A DNA stretch of 56,121 nt from a virus (Duplodnaviria > Caudoviricetes), in the IMG/VR virus record IMGVR_UViG_3300046328_000525, positions 1 through 56,121 of that record; one strand, 5' to 3'. The translations under genes and the position numbers were made by a program. Positions 36,623 through 46,961 of the stretch are shown piece after piece (position 1 is the stretch's first letter; every line of letters begins with the position of its first letter). A model generated the notes under the pieces. The model saw only the letters and a program-made list of their open reading frames with translations. It did not search any database and was not told the origin of the DNA.

Positions 36623-37122
36623 CTATTCTTCAACTACATAAGACGGGTTAGGTCCAAGAATATGCCCTTCTTCATGATAGCTAACCATTTTAGAAACTTC
36701 TTCAGGGGTAGCTATTTTTGATGCAATAAGGGTGAGTATGTCGTAAATTCTTGCCAGCATAATATAATTTACCATAGGAAGATTATCTTCTAGGTTTGAT
36801 TGTTGATCATTCTCCATTAGGCCTACCTAAGTCCTCCCAAAATATTTCTCTTCCAGCGTTATCTGTTTCTGGAATAGGTGTGCTTTCAAATTCAAAGTTA
36901 TTCTTTTTCGACATTATTTGTATCAACTAATTTTTTTAATTGGCTATAAAATTCTAGCCCTAAATATTTTTTGTATTTACATTCTAGGCAGTATAAAAAT
37001 ATGCTATCCGATAGATCCTGATTAACAAAAAGAGAGCCTTGATCCACTGGACAAGCCAAACGTGGTACAAGGCCCTCTTCTGAAAGAGCTATATATTTAG
37101 ATACGTATTGTATCTGCATCAT
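36623..37122 (-). CDS. two small hypothetical genes (36623-36817; 36898-37122 with CP...CxxC)
   Basis: ORF track; coupling with neighbours. Confidence 0.6.
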
Positions 37123-37127
37123 TCCTC

Positions 37128-37685
37128 TTATGCTAACTTAGTCGGGAATAGCTTAAGCCATTCCTTAGCCTTTGGGTTTAACCCCTTCCAGCTTGACCAA
37201 TCCTTGCCGCCATTAGTCATATAGTACGTTATCTCTGCGTTTGTTACTGGGTTGAATAACTCAGTTTTAGTTTTCATGTTGAATTTCTCATTAAATAATT
37301 CAAGACGATCTTTTCCAAGACCACCAATCATATTAATTTGAAATACTCCATAGGAACTATCTCCAGTCTTTCTGTTTCCGTTATATGCAAGTGGTCGTCC
37401 ATTAGATTCCCTCTTTGCTATGGCCCAAGCTGTTTTAAGACCTGTACCTTCAAATCCTACTGCCTTTAAAAGGCCTATAAGATCTTTATCTGTGAGTTGC
37501 TGCTTAGCCGTGTACTTTGCAGTACTTAGTCTATGCAACGTCGCTTGCTTTAATTGGTATTCAGTTTTTACTGTTGGTGCAGTTAAAGCTTCTGCGGGCT
37601 GGACTGGGAATAAAAATAATGTTACCATTATGATTGCTACCCAGTTATGCACTACATCGCTTAACTGCTGTTTTATATTCTCCAT
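37128..37685 (-). CDS. secreted lysozyme-like/lytic transglycosylase
   Basis: signal/TM segment; AIAKRES, SYGVFQIN, LFNP.TNA, W..W; AAGGAGG RBS. Confidence 0.88.
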   Translation of the reverse strand: MENIKQQLSDVVHNWVAIIMVTLFLFPVQPAEALTAPTVKTEYQLKQATLHRLSTAKYTAKQQLTDKDLIGLLKAVGFEGTGLKTAWAIAKRESNGRPLAYNGNRKTGDSSYGVFQINMIGGLGKDRLELFNEKFNMKTKTELFNPVTNAEITYYMTNGGKDWSSWKGLNPKAKEWLKLFPTKLA

Positions 37686-37771
37686 TGGCATTTCCTCCTT
37701 TAGAGATAACGAACTATAATAATAGCATTGATGCTTAAGTCGTGTCAAGCCAGTCAACTAGAAAGAAAACT

Positions 37772-38761
37772 ATGCAAATATCATTTTTTACACCAACAAT
37801 GAACCTAAAAAACTCTAATGGGTATGGTTATGCTGGGTTAAACATAGTAGAGTCACTAAAAGAGCTAGGTCATGAAGTTCCTTACTCTTATCCAAAAGCT
37901 CCAGTACAATTAAATTTTTCACAGCCAGAATATTTTAAAATGCATAGAGATCAATATCAAATTGGATACACTCCATGGGAATCTACAAAAGCTCCAGATA
38001 GATGGAGACCTATGATGGAAAGCTGCGATGAGCTATGGACAACCTCAGACTGGTGTGCAAACATTTTTGAAGATAATGGCTTTAAGAATATTAAAGTGTA
38101 CCCTCATGGAATTTCTTCTGCGTGGATACCTAAGAAAAGAAAAAACACGGGCGTAATAAAGTTTTTGCATATAGGAGAGCCAGCACCAAGAAAAGCTGGA
38201 CAAATGACAGTTGATGCTTTTGTTTCTTTATTTGCAAATAATCCAAACTATTCTTTAACCATAAAGGCTTACAAAAATAATACAACTAGAGTCTATAATA
38301 ATTTTATAGACAGAAATATTATTGGGCTACCTGAAGACATATACAGCAACATTAAAGTGATAACTGAAGAGCTTTCAGAAGAAGAGCTTGTAAAGCTTTA
38401 TCATGATCACGATGTTCTTATATATCCAAGTTATGGAGAAGGGTTTGGCTTTATTCCATTGCAAGCTTTAGCAACAGGAATGCCAACAATTTGTACATCA
38501 GAGTGGGCTCATTACAAAAACTTTATAGGGCCATTGTCATTGAAGTCAGAGTACATTGATTCACCTTGGCCGTTCCCTCATGAAGGACAAGTTTTAGAGC
38601 CAAACTATAAACATTTACTTGAGCTTATGAAAGATGTAGCCAATAACTTTAATGCTTATGCTGGTTATTATTTTGCTCAGTCAACTAAAATTCATGCAGA
38701 ATATAATTGGTTGCAGTTGACCAATAATTCGTTTGATCATATATTTAAAAAGTTTTCATAA
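37772..38761 (+). CDS. GT4-family glycosyltransferase
   Basis: RK, D..IYPSYGEGFG..PLQALA.GMP.I. Confidence 0.9.
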   Translation: MQISFFTPTMNLKNSNGYGYAGLNIVESLKELGHEVPYSYPKAPVQLNFSQPEYFKMHRDQYQIGYTPWESTKAPDRWRPMMESCDELWTTSDWCANIFEDNGFKNIKVYPHGISSAWIPKKRKNTGVIKFLHIGEPAPRKAGQMTVDAFVSLFANNPNYSLTIKAYKNNTTRVYNNFIDRNIIGLPEDIYSNIKVITEELSEEELVKLYHDHDVLIYPSYGEGFGFIPLQALATGMPTICTSEWAHYKNFIGPLSLKSEYIDSPWPFPHEGQVLEPNYKHLLELMKDVANNFNAYAGYYFAQSTKIHAEYNWLQLTNNSFDHIFKKFS

Positions 38762-38851
38762 AGACTTCCCTCTATAATTCTTTTTTGATACACTTAGACT
38801 TCATTCAAAAAATAATCAATCCGTAAGGCGGAAGAAAAGGTGTCACTAAAA

Positions 38852-40783
38852 ATGTCAAGAACTATTGAAAACCCATATGAGAACTTTATTGCTCTCTCAA
38901 GATATGCAAGATGGATTCCAGAAGAAAACCGTCGTGAAGTATGGGGTGAAACAGTAGATCGTTATTTTGACTTTATGTTAAATCACCTTAAAACAATGGA
39001 TTATGTTCCAGATGCAAAGGTTGTTGAAGAAGTAAAATTAGCAGTTTTTAATCGTAATGTTATGCCATCAATGCGTTCGGTTATGACGGCTGGACCAGCA
39101 TTAGACAGAGACCATGTTGCAGGATATAACTGCTCATTTGTTCCAGTAGATTCACCTCGTTCATTTGATGAGACAATGTATATTCTTATGTGCGGAACAG
39201 GTGTAGGATTTTCTGTTGAATATAAGTATGTTAATAAACTTCCTTCCGTCCCAGACTCTTTTGATAAGTCTACAACAATAATTACAGTTGAAGATTCAAA
39301 GCAGGGGTGGGCAAAGGCGTACCGTGAGTTACTTGCATTACTTTGGTCTGGTCAAGTTCCAGCAATTGATGTAAGCAAGCTTCGTCCAGCAGGCGCACGT
39401 CTTAAGACAATGGGCGGAAGATCATCTGGTCCACAGCCACTAATTAATCTTTTTGATTTTACTATTGCTAAGTTTAAGTCAGCAGCTGGTCGTCAGTTAA
39501 AGCCAATTGAGGCACACGACATTATGTGTAAGATTGGTGAGATTGTTGTAGTTGGAGGAGTTCGTCGCTCTGCAATGATTTCTCTTTCAAATATTAACGA
39601 TATTGAAATGGCTCAAGCTAAAGCAGGAAACTGGTGGGAAAATAATTCTCAACGTGCATTATCAAACAACTCTGTTGCATATTCACGCAAACCAGACATG
39701 GAGCAATTTATTGCAGAATGGAAATCTCTTTATGACTCAAAGTCTGGGGAACGTGGAATCTATAATGTTGCAGCAGCGCAGGCACAAGCAGCAAAGTATG
39801 GTCGTAGAAGCTCTGAAGTCCATTATGGAACAAACCCATGCTCAGAAATTATTCTTCGTCCTTACCAGTTTTGTAATCTTTCAGAAGTCGTACTACGTGA
39901 AGAGGATACAGTTGCGGATGTTTCGAATAAAGTACGTCTTGCAACAATTCTTGGCACATGGCAATCGACACTAACAGATTTCAAGTACCTTCGTAAAATT
40001 TGGAAAGACAATACAGAAGAAGAAAGACTTCTTGGAGTTTCACTTACAGGTCAGTTTGGCCACAAATTCTTTTCTGGCAAGGAAGATCTTGCAAAGCTGG
40101 AAGAAGTTCTTACTGGTCTTCGTGAGTATGCAAGAACAATTAACTTAGAAGAGGCAGGGAAAATTGGGATTCCCGAGTCTGCAGCTATTACATGTGTAAA
40201 GCCTTCTGGAACAGTATCTCAATTGGTCGGGGTTAGCTCAGGAATGCATGCATGGCATTCTGATTATTACATTAGAACAGTTCGTGGAGACAAAAAGGAT
40301 CCAATTACAACATTTTTAACTGAAGTTGGAATTCCAGTCGAAGACGATGTTATGAAGCCAAACGACACATCTGTATTTTCATTTCCAGTAAAAGCTCCCG
40401 AAGGAGCAATTACAAGAAATGATTTAACAGCAATTGATCATTTAAATATTTGGCTAGTTTACCAACGTGCATGGTGTGAGCATAAGCCATCAATTACAGT
40501 TTCTGTTAAAGAAGACGAATGGATGGAAGTTGGAGCTTGGGTGTATAAGCATTTTGATGAGGTTTCTGGAATTTCATTCCTTCCTCATTCAGATCACAGC
40601 TACAAGCAAGCGCCTTATCAAGAGGTTTCAAAAGAAGAGTACGAAGCTCTTGTAGCAAAAATGCCAGCTAGTATTAGATGGGAAGATTTGTCTTTCTATG
40701 AAACAGAAGATGGCACAAGCGGAACTCAAACACTTGCTTGTACTTCAGATGGAAACTGTGAGATAGTAGACATAAGCTCTTGA
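38852..40783 (+). CDS. nrdJ: class II (B12-dependent) ribonucleotide reductase
   Basis: GYNC, GTGVGF, GGVRRSA, TNPCSEI, CNL, CVKPSGT; C-terminal CxxxxxC; no beta subunit nearby. Confidence 0.95.
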   Translation: MSRTIENPYENFIALSRYARWIPEENRREVWGETVDRYFDFMLNHLKTMDYVPDAKVVEEVKLAVFNRNVMPSMRSVMTAGPALDRDHVAGYNCSFVPVDSPRSFDETMYILMCGTGVGFSVEYKYVNKLPSVPDSFDKSTTIITVEDSKQGWAKAYRELLALLWSGQVPAIDVSKLRPAGARLKTMGGRSSGPQPLINLFDFTIAKFKSAAGRQLKPIEAHDIMCKIGEIVVVGGVRRSAMISLSNINDIEMAQAKAGNWWENNSQRALSNNSVAYSRKPDMEQFIAEWKSLYDSKSGERGIYNVAAAQAQAAKYGRRSSEVHYGTNPCSEIILRPYQFCNLSEVVLREEDTVADVSNKVRLATILGTWQSTLTDFKYLRKIWKDNTEEERLLGVSLTGQFGHKFFSGKEDLAKLEEVLTGLREYARTINLEEAGKIGIPESAAITCVKPSGTVSQLVGVSSGMHAWHSDYYIRTVRGDKKDPITTFLTEVGIPVEDDVMKPNDTSVFSFPVKAPEGAITRNDLTAIDHLNIWLVYQRAWCEHKPSITVSVKEDEWMEVGAWVYKHFDEVSGISFLPHSDHSYKQAPYQEVSKEEYEALVAKMPASIRWEDLSFYETEDGTSGTQTLACTSDGNCEIVDISS

Positions 40784-40851
40784 TGATACAATAGTCTTTG
40801 GGGTAAAACCCAAATTCTCATGGCACTCCGCCATGATAGGAGATGATATAT

Positions 40852-41094
40852 ATGGCCACAAAGAAATTTGATAAGGCTGATTTAAACAAAGATGGGAAAG
40901 TAACAATGCAAGAACAAATTTTATCTGCATTAGGCACATACGGTAGAGCATTTTTATCGGCTGCCATGGCACTTTACATGACTGGAAATACAGATCCAAA
41001 GGATTTGATTGCAGCAGGCGTAGCAGCAGTTGCCCCAGTAATTTTGAAGGCCCTAAATCCAAACGACAAGAGCTTTGGGTTTCAGAACAAGTAG
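40852..41094 (+). CDS. holin-like membrane protein with N-terminal EF-hand-like loop
   Basis: DLNKDGKVTMQE; two TM segments; ALNP.D..FG. Confidence 0.65.
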   Translation: MATKKFDKADLNKDGKVTMQEQILSALGTYGRAFLSAAMALYMTGNTDPKDLIAAGVAAVAPVILKALNPNDKSFGFQNK

Positions 41095-41108
41095 TTTATA
41101 GATTAGAA

Positions 41109-41142
41109 ATACTCCTGTGCTAAAATTGGTACAGGAGTATTC
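41109..41142. terminator. hairpin terminator
   Basis: AATACTCCTGTGC/GTACAGGAGTATT. Confidence 0.65.
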
Positions 41143-41163
41143 CTATTTAGGAGACTATGGCAT

Positions 41164-41514
41164 ATGGCAGCAAAAAAGAATTTTGAAGCAGATCAAAATA
41201 CTACATTCGGTTTCGAAGTGCAGTACATGGATGAAAATGAAATTAATCCTATTGATCTGACAGGTGCATCCGTAAAAATGCAGGTGAGAGATATGGCTGG
41301 CGGATCAAAGCTAGCATTTACATTAACATCTCCATCAGGCGGAATTACAGTAAATGGTCCAGAAGGAACACTTACTGTAAAAGCTACACCGACACAAACA
41401 AGCAAACTCTTTTATCCAAAATCAGCATATGACATTATGGTTATCGATTCTAACGGGAACAAAATAAAACTCCTTGAAGGTTTTATTACACTCAGTAGAT
41501 CGGTGACTATTTAA
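41164..41514 (+). CDS. virion/baseplate adaptor-like protein
   Basis: DQ.TTF, PIDLTG...KMQVR, YDI, LLEG. Confidence 0.75.
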   Translation: MAAKKNFEADQNTTFGFEVQYMDENEINPIDLTGASVKMQVRDMAGGSKLAFTLTSPSGGITVNGPEGTLTVKATPTQTSKLFYPKSAYDIMVIDSNGNKIKLLEGFITLSRSVTI

Positions 41515-41807
41515 TGAATGAAAAAGTAATAGTTAGAGAACAAGTAAATCAAGTTATTGTTTCAGCTCAAGGATCTCAAGGTCCAAGAGGAAATACCATA
41601 CTTAATGGATCTGGAGCACCAGCAAATAATCTTGGATTACAAAATGATTTTTATCTTGATATTACAACATCAAGATTTTATGGTCCAAAGTTATCAGATG
41701 CAACATGGTCGGGAGCAAATTCATTTTTACTTGCGGCCTCTGCTTCTGTTCAAGATCATAGACATACTTATGATGGCGAAATAGATCAAACTTATGATCC
41801 AAATTAA
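41514..41807 (+). CDS. short collagen-like virion protein
   Basis: G.QGPRG..IL.G.GAP...LG...DFY.D. Confidence 0.7.
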   Translation: MNEKVIVREQVNQVIVSAQGSQGPRGNTILNGSGAPANNLGLQNDFYLDITTSRFYGPKLSDATWSGANSFLLAASASVQDHRHTYDGEIDQTYDPN

Positions 41808-41855
41808 AATACTCTGATATAATATAAAATATGCTTTAACGTGTGAGGTTTTACA

Positions 41856-42473
41856 ATGGCAACAAATTTCCCAGAAGATTTAGACAATTTATTAAATCCA
41901 GCATCTACTGATTCAATGACAGGTCATGCTGCACAACATGCAAATGCAAATGATGCAATAGAAGCCCTTCAAACAAAAGTTGGCATTGACAACTCAGAAG
42001 ATCCAAATTCTTTAGATTACAGAATAGCGGCAGTTGAATCAGGTCTTGAAAATGCAACAGGCGATTTTATTCCAGTTTCAGATGTTGGCGTTGCTGGAGG
42101 TGTAGCCTCATTAAATTCTGCGGCCAAAGTTCCAGTAGAACAAATTCCAGCGTTAGGCCTTGAAGGAAACAATGATGTAACTATTTATGGAATAGAGAAT
42201 AAAACAGAAATAGACTCATTTTCTAAATCCTTGTATGGGACAGTTAGATATGTAATGCAGGTTATAAAAGGTTCTGAAATTATATCTACAGCAATAGATA
42301 TAGTTAATGATCAGTCTAATCTTTATGTTCAAGAAGTAGAAGTTTCTTCAAATACAACAAATGAGCTTGCAACACATGTATTGGAAGAAAATGCAGGTAT
42401 AATTAGTTTATCAGTAACACCAATATCAGGATCCGTTTCAGTAAGATATTACAGGACCGCCCTAAAAATATAG
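41856..42473 (+). CDS. virion structural protein
   Basis: MATNFP..LD, HANANDAIEALQ.KVG, GVASL...KVP..Q. Confidence 0.7.
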   Translation: MATNFPEDLDNLLNPASTDSMTGHAAQHANANDAIEALQTKVGIDNSEDPNSLDYRIAAVESGLENATGDFIPVSDVGVAGGVASLNSAAKVPVEQIPALGLEGNNDVTIYGIENKTEIDSFSKSLYGTVRYVMQVIKGSEIISTAIDIVNDQSNLYVQEVEVSSNTTNELATHVLEENAGIISLSVTPISGSVSVRYYRTALKI

Positions 42474-42493
42474 CAGGACAAGGAGTAAATTAA

Positions 42494-44596
42494 ATGGCAA
42501 CAGTAAATAAAAATTTTAGAATTAAACATGGCCTAGTTGTTGAAGGCACTACAGGTACAATCAATGGTCAAAATATACTTACAGAAACAGGTTCCGATAC
42601 CTATATCCTCAATTTAATTGGTGGAGAAACTCTTGTAAAGAGTGTAGCAGGAAATCTTGCAGTCGACGGTGCTGGCGAACTTACAATTAACGAGACTGGT
42701 CTTGCAGCTAGTCTTACAGAAAACTCCAATTACCTTTACGACGATGGAGCAGGAGATATCAATGTTGATGTTGAAGGTCTTGTAGTTGACGGACTTGTTG
42801 ATACAAGCTCATCACAAACTCTTACAAATAAAACAATTGGAGATGTTCTTACATTTAATGATGGTTCAAATAATAGCACAATTGATGTAACTGGCAATGA
42901 TCTTACCATTAATGCAAATAGCGACCTTACGCTTTCAACTGGTAATGGAGATATTGTTCTTAATCCAGATGGCAGTGCTTACATTGGAAGCTCAAGCTCA
43001 TCAAACAACTTAATTGCGACACGTGGATATGCAGATGGATTAGCTTCTAATTACGATGCAGCAGGAGCAGCATCGACAGCAGAGACAAATGCAAATAGCT
43101 ACACAGATACTGCATTGGGGTCATATACACCTACATCATCACTTGATACAACAGTTGATGGATACGGCTATCTTAAATCAGATGACCTTTCAGGATACGC
43201 TACAGAGTCATATGTTACAAGCCAGGGATACGCAAAAGTGCCTGATGGAAGCGGTTTTACTCTAGATGCTTATGGATATAGCCAATTAAACATTGATATT
43301 AATAACGGAATTAAGCTAGATCCTACTTCAATCGGACTTTCAATTGATCGCACAACTGTGGATTCCTGGTATGATCCAGCAGGAGCAGCAAGCGGAGCAC
43401 TAGAAGATGCTAATTCGTATACAGATAGCGAAATTACTACAGCATTAACAACTGCTCAGGGATATGCAGATCAAGCCCTTTCAGATGCTAATGCATATAC
43501 AGATAATGCAGTTTCAGGTCTTGCTTGGAAATCAGCAGTAAATCTTAAATCAGATTCAAATATTGCTGTAGCAGATAGTGTTGCAGGCCTAGTAATTGAT
43601 GGACACTCAGCACTTACAAATGCTGAGGCTGGATATCGTTTGCTTCTTACAGGACAAACTACATCATCTCAAAATGGTATTTGGGAAGTATTTGTTGATG
43701 GAGGACTTTATATTCGTCGTGCTCCAGATGGAGATACTAATGACGAACTTATTGGCGCAGCGGTATATGTTCAAGAAGGAACTCAGTATGGCTCTACATC
43801 ATGGGTACAGTCTAACCATTATATTGCAGCATTTGCAGGACAAAACTGGACACAGTTCTCAGGTCAAGGTTCTGTAACAGCTGGTTCAGGTATTACAGTA
43901 GATGGCCTTGAAGTTTCTATAAACCGCACAACTGTTGATTCTTGGTATGACGCAGCAGGAGATGCAGCAGATGCTCAAGCAGCAGCAGAAACATATGCAG
44001 ATAGTCTCGCATCTAATTATGATCCGTCAGGATCTGCACAAGGCGCATATGATAATGCAGTTATTTATGCAGATGGCTTAGCTTCAAATTACGATGCAGC
44101 AGGCTCTGCTTCAGCAGCACAGACTGCAGCACAGAGCTACGCAGATGGTCTTGCATCTAACTACGATGCAGCAGGTGCTGCAAGCACAGCAGAATCAAAT
44201 GCAAACACATATGCAGATGCTCGTGTTGCAGATCTTACAAATGGAACAAATAGCTTCCAGAATCTTAACATTGAAGATGTAATTGCTCAAAGAGCAGCTT
44301 CTACAACAGCTATGGGAACAACAGAAGCTACAGTATTTTCGTGGGATGGTGCAGATTACAGAAGCGCAAAGGTTCTTGTAAAGGTTGCCAACGGTGTACA
44401 TACACAGATCTCGGAGCTCATGGTTACACTTGATACCGCAAACAATGTAGGTATTTCAGAATATGGAATTACTTACTCAAACGGAACAGAACTTGCAGCA
44501 ATTTCCGCAAGTTATGTAGCGGGAATGATAAATATTCTTGCAACTCCAGCAAATACAAATACAGACGTAGTAGTATTTGCAACACTTGTAATATAA
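42494..44596 (+). CDS. tail fibre protein with YADGLASNYDAAG repeats
   Basis: about 5 internal repeats; R.LL..QT..SQNGI module. Confidence 0.8.
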   Translation: MATVNKNFRIKHGLVVEGTTGTINGQNILTETGSDTYILNLIGGETLVKSVAGNLAVDGAGELTINETGLAASLTENSNYLYDDGAGDINVDVEGLVVDGLVDTSSSQTLTNKTIGDVLTFNDGSNNSTIDVTGNDLTINANSDLTLSTGNGDIVLNPDGSAYIGSSSSSNNLIATRGYADGLASNYDAAGAASTAETNANSYTDTALGSYTPTSSLDTTVDGYGYLKSDDLSGYATESYVTSQGYAKVPDGSGFTLDAYGYSQLNIDINNGIKLDPTSIGLSIDRTTVDSWYDPAGAASGALEDANSYTDSEITTALTTAQGYADQALSDANAYTDNAVSGLAWKSAVNLKSDSNIAVADSVAGLVIDGHSALTNAEAGYRLLLTGQTTSSQNGIWEVFVDGGLYIRRAPDGDTNDELIGAAVYVQEGTQYGSTSWVQSNHYIAAFAGQNWTQFSGQGSVTAGSGITVDGLEVSINRTTVDSWYDAAGDAADAQAAAETYADSLASNYDPSGSAQGAYDNAVIYADGLASNYDAAGSASAAQTAAQSYADGLASNYDAAGAASTAESNANTYADARVADLTNGTNSFQNLNIEDVIAQRAASTTAMGTTEATVFSWDGADYRSAKVLVKVANGVHTQISELMVTLDTANNVGISEYGITYSNGTELAAISASYVAGMINILATPANTNTDVVVFATLVI

Positions 44597-44660
44597 TTAA
44601 ATAAAAGGTACGGGGTCCTTTCAAAACCCCACCAAACACTTAGGGGATATGTGAACTTAA

Positions 44661-45026
44661 ATGACTTCATCAGTAACAACAAATAAAAATTTTAAAGTTA
44701 AAAATGGATTAGATGTAGCTGGAACAGCTACAATATCAGACATTGTGCTAGGCACAGCCCCTATAGCTTTTGATACAGAAACTGGAAGACTTAAGATCCA
44801 AATAAATGGAACTTGGTCTCCTGTTGCATTTATGGGTGATATTCCAGATGCAACAAACACGCTAAATTTTATGGATATTGGACTTTCTATTGATTATAAT
44901 GGACAGCCAACCTATATTATTCAGGCAAATGGAGTTACTCCATCAGGGACAAGTAAATTCTTAGACGGATCAAATGCATCCATAACAAGCTGGGATTTTG
45001 TTTTTGATTCAGGCGTAATCGGATAG
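44661..45026 (+). CDS. tail-associated protein
   Basis: NKNFKVKNGL.V.G shared with the 42494 N-terminus. Confidence 0.7.
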   Translation: MTSSVTTNKNFKVKNGLDVAGTATISDIVLGTAPIAFDTETGRLKIQINGTWSPVAFMGDIPDATNTLNFMDIGLSIDYNGQPTYIIQANGVTPSGTSKFLDGSNASITSWDFVFDSGVIG

Positions 45027-45079
45027 TTTAAAGCAAAAACTGCTATAATAGGCAAATACAATAAATTAGGGGTGGCAAA

Positions 45080-46936
45080 ATGTCAACAGTAAGAATTCAA
45101 ATACGTAGAGGTTTAGCATCGGAGTGGACCTCCGTTGATCCAGTTTTAGCGGCGGGAGAACTTGGACTTGAGTCAGACACTAATTTAATGAAATTTGGTA
45201 ATGGCACAGATAATTGGTCAGATTTAGCTTATGCAAACGTTACTCAGTCATCTTTTTCAAATACAATTGCAGATTATGTTCCTCTTACAGATGTAGGTCA
45301 GCCAAATGGTGTCGCATCATTAGACTCAGCTGGAAAAATTCCAGCAGGACAACTTAATATTACAGAGCTTGCTCAAGATGCATTAAGCTCAGCTTTAGTT
45401 GCTGGAACAAATGTTGATATTGCCTATGATGATCCTGCGGGACAAATAACAATTGGCGTAACAGACTCAGTAGTTCTTTCTGGAGCACTAGATGTAACTG
45501 GAACATCGACACTAGAAGATTTAATTGTAAACGGCGATCTTACTGTAAACGGAACAACAACAACAGTAAATACAGCAAATTTTACAACATCAGATCCTCT
45601 TCTCTATATTGGAGAAGACAATCCAGCAAACTCAGTAGATTTAGGTATAGTTGCATCATTTAATGATGGAACATACCAACATGCAGGTCTTGTAAGAGAT
45701 GCTTCAGATGGAGTATGGAAGTTGTTCTCTGGTGTAGTTAGCGAGCCAGGAGCAACAGTAGACTTTACAACTCATACAAAAGATTCACTAGAAATAGGAT
45801 CATTATCTGCTACAAATGCTTCAATTGGAAATGTAAATAATACAGAAATTCAATATCTTAACGGAGTTACAAGCGGAATTCAAAGTCAATTTGATGGTAA
45901 GCAAGATAAAGTATCAGGGGTAACAGATTCAGATATTGGACAGCTAACAGGTGTAACTGGAAATATTCAAACACAAATTAATAATAAACTATCAAGCGCT
46001 ACAGCTTCTAGTACATATGCTCCATTAAATTCTCCTAACTTTTCAGGAACTGTAGTTGGAGTAACAAAAGCAATGGTTGGATTAGGAAATGTTGATAATA
46101 CAGCAGATGCTGATAAACCAGTTTCTACTGATGTTCAAAACGAATTAGATTTAAAGGCAAATCTTTCTTCTCCAACTTTTGACGGAACAGTAGTTTTGCC
46201 AGCAACAACTTCAATAGGAACAGTTACATCAACAGAATTAGGATATCTTGATGGAGTTACATCAGGAATTCAGACACAAATTGGAACTGTAACAACAAAT
46301 CTTACAAATCACTCAAACGCAACAACATCAGTACATGGGATTGCAGATACATCACAACTTGCACTTAAATCAGAAATTTCAGCACTTACAAAATCTTCAG
46401 TAGGTCTTGGAAATGTTGATAATACTTCAGATGCAAATAAGCCAGTTTCTACAGCACAGGCAACTGCAATTGCAACAGCTAAATCAGAGGCAATTGCTGA
46501 AGTAACAGCAGTTATTGATGGTGCGCCATCTGCACTTAATACATTAAATGAATTAGCAGCAGCATTAGGAGATGATGCAAACTTTGCCTCAACAGTAACA
46601 ACATCCCTTGCTAGCAAAGTCCCATCTATAACACCAATTATTTCAAAAACAGCATCATATACTTTATCTGATCTTGCTGAAAGAGACTCTATGATTGAAG
46701 TTAATTCTTCATCAGCAACAACAATAACTATTCCAACAAATGCTTCTGTAGCATTCCCAGTCGGTGCTTCAATTGATATCTCTCAAATATCAACAGGACA
46801 GGTAACAATTGCTGGAGCTGGAGGAGTTACAGTTAATGCAACACCAGGATTAAAGCTTAGAACTCAATGGTCTACAGTTACATTATTTAAGCGTGGAACA
46901 GATTCATGGATCGTCTACGGCGACTTAACAGCTTAA
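45080..46936 (+). CDS. tail fibre with Mtd-N-like N-terminus
   Basis: RIQIRRG...EW...P.LA.GE.G.E.DT; VGLGNVDNT.D..KPVS repeats; AP..LNTL.ELAAAL. Confidence 0.85.
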   Translation: MSTVRIQIRRGLASEWTSVDPVLAAGELGLESDTNLMKFGNGTDNWSDLAYANVTQSSFSNTIADYVPLTDVGQPNGVASLDSAGKIPAGQLNITELAQDALSSALVAGTNVDIAYDDPAGQITIGVTDSVVLSGALDVTGTSTLEDLIVNGDLTVNGTTTTVNTANFTTSDPLLYIGEDNPANSVDLGIVASFNDGTYQHAGLVRDASDGVWKLFSGVVSEPGATVDFTTHTKDSLEIGSLSATNASIGNVNNTEIQYLNGVTSGIQSQFDGKQDKVSGVTDSDIGQLTGVTGNIQTQINNKLSSATASSTYAPLNSPNFSGTVVGVTKAMVGLGNVDNTADADKPVSTDVQNELDLKANLSSPTFDGTVVLPATTSIGTVTSTELGYLDGVTSGIQTQIGTVTTNLTNHSNATTSVHGIADTSQLALKSEISALTKSSVGLGNVDNTSDANKPVSTAQATAIATAKSEAIAEVTAVIDGAPSALNTLNELAAALGDDANFASTVTTSLASKVPSITPIISKTASYTLSDLAERDSMIEVNSSSATTITIPTNASVAFPVGASIDISQISTGQVTIAGAGGVTVNATPGLKLRTQWSTVTLFKRGTDSWIVYGDLTA

Positions 46937-46961
46937 TAAATAGAAATAGGAGTATATAAAA

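Noticed and set aside
38852-40783. Intein or intron in nrdJ
   Set aside because: Continuous ORF of normal length with no Hint or endonuclease motifs
45080-46936. Diversity-generating retroelement target
   Set aside because: Only the Mtd-like N-terminus is present; no reverse transcriptase or TR/VR pair seen in the window
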